Program-made: the position numbers and the translations under genes
Shown: in pieces, positions 1 through 9,444 of the stretch
Numbering within the stretch: position 1 is the first letter of the stretch
Layout: each line of letters opens with the position of its first letter
Notes under the pieces: model-generated
Told to the model about the DNA's origin: nothing
The model's input: only the letters and a program-made list of their open reading frames with translations
Databases searched by the model: none
NCBI RefSeq assembly: GCF_006345805.1
Contig: NC_043005.1
Coordinates: 58,342,001 to 58,406,000, forward strand
DNA from: Octopus sinensis
Lineage: Eukaryota
DNA length: 64,000 nt
Reading direction: 5' to 3'

Positions 1-230
1 GGCGGCAAGCTGGCAGAATCGTTAGCATGCCGGGTGAAATGCTTAGCAGTATTTTGTCTGCCGTTACGTTCTGAGTTCAAATTCCACCGGGTTTGACTTT
101 GCCTTTCATCTTTTCGGGGTCGATAAATTAAGTACCATTTATGCACTGGGTTCGATGTAATCGACTTAATCCCTTTGTCTGTCTTTGTCTGTCCCCTCTA
201 TGTTTAGCCCCTTGTGGGCAATAAAAAAAA
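1..230 (+). mobile_element. tRNA-derived SINE, family A (head GGCGGCGAGCTGGCAGAA...GAGTTCAAATTCC)
   Basis: B-box-like GAGTTCAAATTCC and a body repeated many times in the window, e.g. 5030-5260(-), 15820-16050, 23600-23800, 39233-39462(-), 39955-40450 (two copies), 48015-48400 (dimeric), 55395-55630(-), 56893-57120(-). Resembles the tRNA-derived SINEs known from Octopus; exact family not assigned. Confidence 0.85.
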
Positions 231-533
231 TATATATACACACACAAACATTCATACACACATACACATATATATTTATAAATACATATATATGTATATA
301 TATATTTATTTTATAGAAGGAGCTTCTACAGGACTAGAACTGTTTCATTCAAATGAAATCATCAGGAAGCTTGCTGTCAAAATAAGACATATATGTATAT
401 ATAGATGAGTTAATTAGAAGATATATTAACCTGTTAAAGCGATGATTACATCCAAGAAAACACTGGTTCTATACCTTATGTCTTTGGGAAATAAAATTTC
501 CCTTAATCAATATGTATATATATTAAGTATGTA

Positions 534-958
534 ATCTGTATCAAATTAAGAGAAGAAAATGGAGAGTTAGTGGTTAATATTTGTTTATTAATAAATTGAT
601 AATCCTTTTTTCCCACGGCTGTTTCCATTTATAATCACTGGATAAATTACATATTTATGCATTAAATTTGCATTTATATGTAATGAGCAAAATATCATCA
701 GGTTGACATGTTGACCTGTGTGTTCGTTTCAGGCTGACATGTTGACCTGTGTGTTTGTTTCAGGTTGACATGTTGACCTGTGTGTTCGTTTCCCTGATGA
801 TATTTTGCTCATAACTTACAAATGCAAATTTAATGCAAAAATATGTAATTTATCCAATGAGTATTAATGGAAACAGCTGTAGGAAGAAATAATTATGAAT
901 TCATTAATTAATAAATATTAACCACTAACTCTCTATTTTCTTTTAATTTAATACAGTG
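534..958. mobile_element. MITE/foldback element with ~165-bp imperfect terminal inverted repeats and a central 31-bp tandem array
   Basis: Left arm 534-702 is the imperfect reverse complement of 793-958. TA dinucleotides flank both ends (532-533, 959-960). The centre 703-791 is ~3 copies of TTGACATGTTGACCTGTGTGTTCGTTTCAGG. Confidence 0.75.
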
Positions 959-1096
959 TATATATATATATATATAGGTCTGCTCGCCTAGCCAGCGAGG
1001 TGGTGTCATTTGAAGGCTAAAACAATGCCAAGCACATTGTGACCAGCGATGTGTAGCAACATCTGATAGCCTGGTCGGTCACGGTGATATATATAT

Positions 1097-1127
<31 letters not shown>

Positions 1128-1148
1128 TTGTGTGTGTATATATATATA

Positions 1149-1200
<52 letters not shown>

Positions 1201-1419
1201 TATGATGGGCATTTTTCAGTTTCTGTCTATGAAATCTATTCACAAAATTTTTGTCAAACCAAGGCAAAGTAGAAGGCACCTTCTACCAAGGTGCCACACA
1301 GTGTGACTGAACCCCGAACCATGTAGTTGGGAAGCAAGCTTCTTACCACACAGCCACACTATGTGTATATGTATATGTGTGTGTGTGAGTGCATGTGTGT
1401 GTGTGTATGTGAACATGTG

Positions 1420-1561
1420 TATCAGGTAAGAAGCTTTCTTCTCAGTTGCATGGTTCTGGGTTCAGCTTCACTGTGTGGCCTGTTGGGCAAATGTTTTCTA
1501 CTGTAACCTTGGGCTGACTAAAGTCTTTTGAGTGAATTTGGTAGACTTAAAGATGCCTATC

Positions 1562-1611
<50 letters not shown>

Positions 1612-1623
1612 ATGTATGTATAC

Positions 1624-1708
<85 letters not shown>

Positions 1709-1952
1709 GTATGTATGTATATCTATGTATGTGTGTCTTTCTGTCTGTGCTTGTCCCCCGCCATTACCACTTGAATCATGGTGTTGGTATGTTTGCATCC
1801 CCGTAACTTAGCAGTTTGCCAAAAAGAGATCGACAGAGTAAGTACCAGGCTAAAAAAAATAAGTCCTGCCGTCGATTTGTTCAACTAAAACCCTTCAAGG
1901 CAATGCCCCAGCATGGCCGCAGTCAAATGACTGAAACAAGTAAAAGATAAAA
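1420..1952 (+). mobile_element. tRNA-derived SINE, family B (head GGAGTGGCTGTGTGGTAAG...GGTTCAGTCCCACTG, internal (TA/TG)n, tail GAAACAAGTAAAAGAG)
   Basis: A/B-box-like head and CORE-like motif CCTTGGGCAAGTGTCTT. Further copies at 12980-13392, 25120-25520(-), 32986-33396(-), 34515-34925, 35635-36025, 41085-41470(-), 41550-41970, 45680-46120(-), 46458-46877, 49915-50330(-), 63455-63850. Confidence 0.85.
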
Positions 1953-2096
1953 GATATGTGTGTGTGTGTGTGTATAAGTATATATGTTTGTGTATGTATA
2001 TTTCCTATTTATTTTTATTGCTCTTTCTCTATATGTGTGTGTTTGTGTCTGTCTTTGTGTATGTGCATGTGTATGTGTGTTCAAGTGGGTATATGC

Positions 2097-2144
<48 letters not shown>

Positions 2145-2679
2145 ATGTGTGTGTGTACATCTATATATATACATATCTATATATATATACACACAATCCC
2201 ATAACATTCAAATTTAGTTCTCATGGTTTCATACAAAGTGAGTCTCTCCTGTTCCAGTGCCAAACAAATTTCCCCTTCCTCTGTAAACATACAATATATA
2301 TACTTTTAATTATATATATATCTGAATTTCTCAAATCAGTGATTGCTAGACTAATTTAAAATTTCCACACTATAAACCTAATTGCAGTTATGAAATTATA
2401 GGAAAAGTTATAAAGGAAACATCAGAAGCAGAACATATATATTGAGGGAATCTAGCCAGCAAGTCTGTAAGTCCAGTAGAAGACTTTTCAGTCTTTAGAA
2501 TTTATTATATAGTAATAATGATTGTAAGTATCTGAAAAATATAATAGAATGTTTTAAAATAACCGAAAATAACTGCAATTATGGACGGCCTAAGAGAATC
2601 GAAGAGCTTATTTTGCCAAAGTGATGTTTCACAAGTAAATCAAGAGACACAGTCTTCAATTTCTTTAAAGAGGTAGTAA

Positions 2680-2717
2680 TAATAATAATTACAGTAGTAA
2701 TAGTTATAATGATGATG

Positions 2718-2752
<35 letters not shown>

Positions 2753-2860
2753 CATAATAATGATGATGATGATGATAATAATAATAACAATGATAATAAT
2801 AATAATAATAATAATCATAATAATGATGATGATGATAATAATAACAATGATAATAATAAC

Positions 2861-2932
<72 letters not shown>

Positions 2933-2960
2933 AATAACAATGATAATAACAACAATAATA

Positions 2961-3004
<44 letters not shown>

Positions 3005-3216
3005 TGATAATAATAATGAGAATAATTGTTTCAAATTTTGGCACAAGACCAGAAAATTTTGGTGAGGGAATAAGTTGATTACATCGACCCCAGTGTTCGA
3101 CTGGTACTTATTTTATTGACCGCGAAAGGATGAAAGAATTTGAACTCAGAATGTAAGGATGGACGAAATACCGCTAAGCATTTTGCCCAGAGATTTTCTG
3201 CCAGCTCATCACCTTA

Positions 3217-3275
<59 letters not shown>

Positions 3276-3283
3276 TAATAATG

Positions 3284-3323
<40 letters not shown>

Positions 3324-3337
3324 TAATAATGATAATA

Positions 3338-3377
<40 letters not shown>
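2680..3377. repeat. Long (TAA)n/(TGA)n trinucleotide tracts interrupted by a SINE fragment
   Basis: Direct reading. These tracts account for the poly-I/poly-Y ORFs in the track. Confidence 0.95.
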
Positions 3378-3378
<1 letters not shown>

Positions 3379-3932
3379 GCCCTGATGCAGTACCAGGCAG
3401 TGGCTCTCATGGCGTCTGATCTTAACTGATTGGAAGTGTTATCATGTACATTGTTCTGTCTTGGTATAAAAGATGGGCTACAGCAAATATTCTGCTCAAT
3501 ACCACAGATTTGCTTGTCAGTTGTTTGACCATAACCAGTTGAGCATGTTCCTTAGTGGCTGACGATATGTGCATCTCTGATCACGAGCAGAAGTAGTGGG
3601 GGAGCATCATAGCCATGTGTTGAGAGGGATTCTTTGGGGTTTGAATAATTCACCTCTGGAGAATGGGTTGGTTTTTTCAACATCCTTAAACAACCCTTAT
3701 TCAGGGACCGTTTGAGCGGGATGGGCTACTCAACCTGAAGAAAATTCTAACTGGGCCCCACCTGCAAGGTCATGTGCAGTTTATCTTGATATGAGATCAC
3801 CATGTTGTGCACATATGGTTGTGATGCATGTGCCTGGTATGCCCTTATCAGACGGGTAGTCATGATGGGTATATTGGGCTTCGTATATTTTACCCCAGTG
3901 TCACTTTGATGGCATGAACTGTTCTCTCACTC
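3379..3932. mobile_element. ~550-bp interspersed repeat of unknown class, flanked by (TAA)n on both sides
   Basis: Complex sequence bounded by (AAT)n on each side. An internal segment recurs at 55036-55185, showing it is repetitive. Confidence 0.6.
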
Positions 3933-3958
3933 AATAATAATAATAATAATAATAATAG

Positions 3959-4410
3959 ACTAATAGTTTTTGCAGTGGAAACACTTAGTTCCCACTGATA
4001 AAAATATATCTGTAAAGGAATTTGACAAATTAAGTAAATATAAAGAACCGGAAATTGAAACACAAAAAATGTGGCTTCTTAAAGTGAGAACTGTTCCTGT
4101 CATTGTAGGTGTCCTAGGTATGATAAAAAAGGGATGTTAGGAACATCTAGATAACATCCCAGGAGACCCATGTCTCAAAGAAATCCAAAAGATTGTGCTG
4201 ATAAGTAGTGCCCACATCCTTAGAAAAACCCTATCACCTTAAATGTCTGTGTTGTATTACATGAAGATATTTTACTACTGCCCCTGTCACTTCCCCTCCC
4301 AAGCTTTCAGTCATACTGTAACTTCTCTTATCCTTCACTTGCCCTAGGATGCTGGGTGTGTCTTGATGAGTGATTGTAACAAATATGCAGATTAAAAGTA
4401 AATGACAATA
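3959..4410 (+). mobile_element. 3' fragment of an R4/Dong-like non-LTR retrotransposon (restriction-like endonuclease C-terminus), decayed
   Basis: 3988-4242 reads VPTDKNISVKEFDKLSKYKEPEIETQKMWLLKVRTVPVIVGVLGMIKKGC*EHLDNIPGDPCLKEIQKIVLISSAHILRKTLSP*. This matches the remembered R4/Rex6-type C-terminus (D.AVP.D.NI..KE.EK..KY..L..E...MW....VVPVVIGALG). It has one internal stop and is followed by a 3' UTR and TAA/TGA tail. Confidence 0.75.
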
Positions 4411-4514
4411 ATAGTAATGATGATGATGATGATGATGATGATTAAAGTGATGATGATGAGGGTGTAATTTCTATAAAACTAACTATATATCTTTTATTAT
4501 TTCAGGCTGCAAAA

Positions 4515-4735
4515 ATGCCGGTTGCATTAATGAGAAACCACCAGATAAAGAAATTTGGAGACTGTTTAGTTAAACAAACGATAGAAAGCTGTCCCAAAAT
4601 CAAATATACTATCAAGAAATGTGGTGCAGAAATATCCTCCCCAATAGAATGGAAGAGGTGGATTCCTGGAATGGAATATACCAAATGTATTGTCATAAAG
4701 AATTTATTGATAAAGATCCAGAAGTTTACGTATGA
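4515..4735 (+). CDS. CFAP65: Cilia- and flagella-associated protein 65, first coding exon seen in the window
   Basis: Acceptor TTTTATTATTTCAG ends at 4505, ATG at 4515, donor GA|GTAAG after 4735 (phase 2). The peptide ...CGAEISSPIEWKRWIPGMEYTKCIVIKNLLIKIQKFTYE aligns from memory with human CFAP65 [39 protein letters not shown]. The frame may extend upstream through the acceptor (GCT GCA AAA ATG). Confidence 0.85.
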
Positions 4736-6294
4736 GTAAGTTTAATGTCAAACCATGAATGACAGTTCTTTGATTTCCGTAATTACAAGATGTTCATTTG
4801 CAGCTGTCATGTGACATGAAGACAAGGATACACCCCCCCCCCACACAAACATTTATAAAAATATATATAACAGGCTTCATTCAGTTTCCATCAACGAAAT
4901 CCACTCACAAGGCTTTGTTTTATCATCCTGGGGCTATAGTTAAAGATACTTGTCTGAAGTGTCATGTACTGGGACTGAATCGAAGATCATATGGTTGGCA
5001 GGCAAGCCCCTTAACTACTCAGCCACACCTATTTCTTTACTACCCACAAGGGGCTAAACACAGAGGGGACAAACAAGGACAGACAAACGGATTAAGTCAA
5101 TTATATCGACCCCAGTACATAACTGGTACTTATTTAATCGACCCCGAAAGGATGAAAGGCAAAGTCGACCTCGGTGGAATTTGAACTCACAACGTAGCGG
5201 CAGACGAAATACCGCTAAGCATTTCGCCCGGTGTGCTAACGTCTCTGCCAGCCCGCCGCCTCAGTCACACCTGCACCAACCCACACCTCATCAATTAACA
5301 CCTACAGTAACCCACACCTGCACCAATTCACACCTGTGACTTGGAAAATTTGTTTCCACTCTTTTGTATGGATGTGAGACTTGGACTCCATACAGCTAAT
5401 ACATTAACGCTCTGTACACCTTGACATGTTTAGACCTTGGTAACCTTTAACAGACCTGGAAGGACCTTCTAGTCATCTGTCAAGACAGGATCTCAGCACA
5501 TAGAGATTCACAGTCAAACTAAAAGAAGCGTTTAATCAGAGTTACAGGTAGGCTTTCGCGCCAACCCCTTAGCATTTAAAGTGGCCATAACTGGAGAATA
5601 TGTCCTTCTTGTTTTATGTTCAAACTAATCAGATCCTGTTTTTCACACTTGCCCAACTTACATCATTCTAAAAGTAAACAATTACATCATCATAATCTCA
5701 AAGCTATTAAATAATGCATGATTAATTCAATGTGAATTAATAAGCATAACATCTGACAGAGTAATAATAATAATAATGAAATTATTGTATACAGTGCTCA
5801 GGTGCACCACAACTTGTCAGAAAGTGCATATAAAGTATATGCAGTAATGTACAAATGTCTGGAAAGCGAACAATGTATGAGTCAGATACATGCTTGTGTG
5901 TGTGTGGAGGGGAGAAAATCAGGTGTAGTGTTGGCGAATCTCAGAAAGCATGGAAGTTTTGAAGGATGCAGTGCTCCGACCTGAATGCTAATGGGTTAAA
6001 CATTTATAGGTCCTACCTGTGACCAAAGATGCACATTTGGTTTTTCTTTTACTTTTTATTAACTACTTGTTTCAGTCGTTGGACTGCGACCATGCTGAAG
6101 CACTGCCTAAAAGAGTTTAGCCAAACAAATTGATGAGTGTACTTGTGTTTTTTTTTAAAGTCTGGTACTTATTCTGTCAGCTTCTTTTTACTGAAATTCT
6201 AAGTTACAGGGATGTAAACAAACCAGCACTGGTTGTTGAGTGGTGGTAGGTGACAAACAAAAGCACAAAGACATACATACATACACGCATATAC

Positions 6295-6460
6295 ATACAT
6301 ATATGCATGCATACATACACACACATGCATACATATATGCATGCATACATACACACACATGCATACATATATGCATGCATACATACACACACATGCATAC
6401 ATATATGCATGCATACATACACACACATGCATACATGTATGCATGCATACATACACACAC
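6295..6460. repeat. 34-bp minisatellite derived from CA/TA microsatellite, inside a family-B SINE (6060-6940, minus strand)
   Basis: Unit CATACATATATGCATGCATACATACACACACATG repeated ~5 times. The 34-aa periodicity of the track ORFs is consistent with three 34-nt units. Confidence 0.8.
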
Positions 6461-6550
6461 GCACATACATACTTGCATACATACATACATACATTTTTTT
6501 CTCTCGCATTTTTCTCTCTTTTTGTTTCTCTTCTTGTTTTTTTCTGTGTA

Positions 6551-6588
6551 TCTTTCTGTCGAAGAGCATAGGCTCGAAACGTAAAAGA
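6551..6588 (+). ncRNA. Minimal type-I hammerhead-ribozyme-like motif (non-canonical position 6) in a ~190-bp Penelope-like fragment (6495-6681)
   Basis: UCUUU-CUGUCGA-A-GAGC(AUAG)GCUC-GAA-ACGU-A-AAAGA: 5-bp stem I, 4-bp stem II, palindromic stem III ACGU, GUA site. Confidence 0.6.
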
Positions 6589-6677
6589 CTTTTTCTATTC
6601 CTGAGCGCTATACTAATACATTTGTTTGTTTGTACTCCACCTGCCTTCGTCTTTTGTTTATTTTTGTAAACTTTCCC

Positions 6678-6709
<32 letters not shown>

Positions 6710-7959
6710 CATACATACATACATACATACATACATACATACATACAAACATACCTACAAACCTATATGAAAGAATAAATGAATGACAGAATTCTTTCGG
6801 TTTCCACCCTACCTAATTCACTCTCAAGATTTTGATCGACCCAGGGCTATTGTAGAAAAAAAACTTGTCCAGAATGCCACAAAGTGGGACTGAACCTGGA
6901 ACCATATGGTTGAGAAGCAGACTTCTTACCACACAGTCATACAAGATCCATGGGTGAAAAGGATGGTCATTGTAGGATTCCATGGACAACCATAAATAAG
7001 CAACAGTATGTTTCATATGTGTGAGTGTTTAAGCCTGTGTTTTTACATGTATATGTATTTGTTTGTATGTATTTGTTTTATACGTCTATCTGTGTTTCAT
7101 GTCTTCATGAATGTGTTATGTCTATATGCATGTCTATATGTATGCATGTGTATCTATGTATTTATGCATGTGTGTATCTAGATGTATATGTGTGTGTGTG
7201 TGTTTGCATGCATTTGTACATCTGTATGCATATGTGTGTATGCATGTGTGTGTGTATGTGGGCATGTGTGTGCTTAGAGAAGTTTATGATTCCCACGAGG
7301 ATACTGATTCCTTATAAAAATATGCAAACATGATTGTGTGTGTATGAGTGCGTGCATATGTGTGTGTATGTGTGTGTGTGCACATGTGTGCAAGTGTGTG
7401 CATGTGTGTGTGTTTGTGTCTGTGTGCATATGTGTAGGTAGGTGTGTATGAAAATTCCTTCATTCTGCAAGTATTTCTTGTCACTTAGAATACATTTTAC
7501 AAAATAATCAGGAAAACTGATTCAATTTCAAATTTTGCTATTAATCTTTTTTTTTTCTTTGGTGGTGTTCAATATCTCCACCATGATGATGACAATGATA
7601 ACTACAATGACGGCAGCCACCTCTGCCACCACCATTACCTACCCCTCCTGCAATTTATAAAACGACTACAACAACAACAATAACAACAAAACGAAGTGAG
7701 AAAACCAAACAAAAAAATGTCCAATAAAAAGCAAACATCAAAAGGGGGAAATGTAAGGAAGCTAAAACTATTTCCTCAATTGCCATCACATCACCTTAGT
7801 TCTCCCTTAATTTTGTTTTGTTTGCATCCCCTTTTGTTTGCCCACAAAATGAGTATTCTCACTAATTAAACTTCGTTATTTGCGTCAACTCTAATAATTT
7901 CTGGAGTCATTATATTTTCAGTTTATTTATTATTTTAGTGATGAATGACAATTTCAATG

Positions 7960-8340
7960 ACTTTCAAGGAACAGATTGTCTTGTCTGTTATACGCTCGCA
8001 TAATGCAGGGAATCTCTTTGACAATGTCTGCTCACACTGCAAAGCTCACAGATGGCCTGCTGAATTGAAATCTCTGTGTTCCTTTAAGAAGGTAAAATTG
8101 GATAAACTGCATCTCCCTCCAAACATTTGTAGCTAGAAATTGCAGTCAAATCTCCCTCAGATCACACTTTTCTATTCTAATGGACCAATGTCAGATCCTG
8201 TAAATAGTTGCTTGACTTGCTAGAAATTGCAGTCAAATCTCCCTCAGATCACACTTTTCTATTCTAATGGACCAATGTTAGATCCTCTAAATAGTTCATA
8301 TAACAATGTGTGGGCATTGGCTTTTTAGGCTGCAGAGAAA
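7960..8340 (+). pseudogene. Helitron Rep/helicase N-terminal relic interrupted by a 78-bp direct duplication
   Basis: HNAGNLFDNVCSHCKAHRWPAELKSLCSFKKVKLDKLHLPP resembles the Helitron C..C...E....CC..GKVKLP..PP motif; downstream SYNNVWALAF resembles the YN.AFAF motif. The duplicated copies lie at 8132-8209 and 8219-8296. Confidence 0.55.
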
Positions 8341-8397
8341 TCAGAACCCCAAGATTTAATTCTATATCGCAGCAATTTTGTACAAACAAACATAGCA

Positions 8398-8525
8398 TAC
8401 AAGGGTGTGCTGAAAAATTCATAGGATGACTATGAAGGAGTAATGCTAGTTGATCAGTCTCCCTGTTCTCCTGATTTGGCCCTATCTGACTATCTTCTGC
8501 TCCCCAACATGAAAAAAATGCAGGT
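8398..8525 (+). mobile_element. Short mariner transposase relic
   Basis: VDQSPCSPDLALSDYLLLPNMKK resembles the mariner HPPYSPDLAPSDY motif and is preceded by a TIR-like TACAAGGGTGTGCTGAAAA. Confidence 0.55.
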
Positions 8526-8942
8526 AATAATTTATCAATCCCCCCAAATAATGAAGAGATCTTACCATGTCAGGTAAGTCATGGTTTGACATGGAATAAA
8601 AAAAAAATTAAAATAAAGGCATTCTATTGTGAAAATTGCCTGACAACAATGGGCTACTTAGCTAGTACACATATATGTGCATGAATGTATGCGTGTGTGT
8701 ATGTGTGTGTATGTGAAGACATGATACCTAGTGGTCAGGCTGTTGTACTCACGATCGCTAGATTGTAGGTTTGATTCTCTGACTGGAAGATGTGATGTGT
8801 TCTTGAGCAAAACAATTTGCATTGCTTCAGTCCCCCTTTTGATCAAGGAAGAATGTTGGCCTGATCACCTAGCCAGTGGGGTGGTGTCATTTGAAGGCTA
8901 AAACAATGCAAGACATCTGATGCTCAGTCACATGATCATATG

Positions 8943-8974
<32 letters not shown>

Positions 8975-9027
8975 CATGAAATAAAAACTTACTTAGAGAA
9001 GAAGAAAACAACGCGTGGCGTTCAATC

Positions 9028-9444
9028 ATATAATAACAATTTAATAAATAAAATATATGCATACATACATACATATATGTACATACCTACATCTATATGT
9101 ATATATACATGCATATATGAGTACAGGACACCACAAATAAACGTAGAACACAACGAGAAACGAAAACATATTATTAAACAAGGAACTGGACGAAACATGC
9201 ATTGAGTCGAAACAGGGGCAGCTGATGAAGGGGAATTTTCCTTGTATTGTTTGTCCTGTACTCTGTTTTTTCGTTGTTAAAAAAAGTCCGTTTCCCTGTT
9301 TGATTTTATGTTTTCGTTTCTTGCGTTCTACGTTTTTTTGTTGTCCTGTACCCATATATGCATGTATATATACATATAGATGTAGGTATGTACATATATG
9401 TATGTATGTATGCATATATTTTATTTATTAAATTGTTATTATAT
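9028..9444. repeat. Inverted repeat (~140-bp arms) around a Penelope-like repeat fragment
   Basis: 9028-9170 is the reverse complement of 9307-9444. The outer ~90 bp are nearly identical and the inner ~45 bp more diverged. Confidence 0.75.

Noticed and set aside
703-791. 31-bp direct repeats as a CRISPR-like array
   Set aside because: The units are contiguous with no spacers, the context is eukaryotic, and they lie inside a MITE.
2581-2634. Possible upstream CFAP65 coding exon (MDGLRESKSLFCQSDVSQ, donor CAA|GTAAAT, in frame with the 4506 acceptor)
   Set aside because: The donor is only moderate and there is no recognisable homology; it cannot be distinguished from chance without cDNA.
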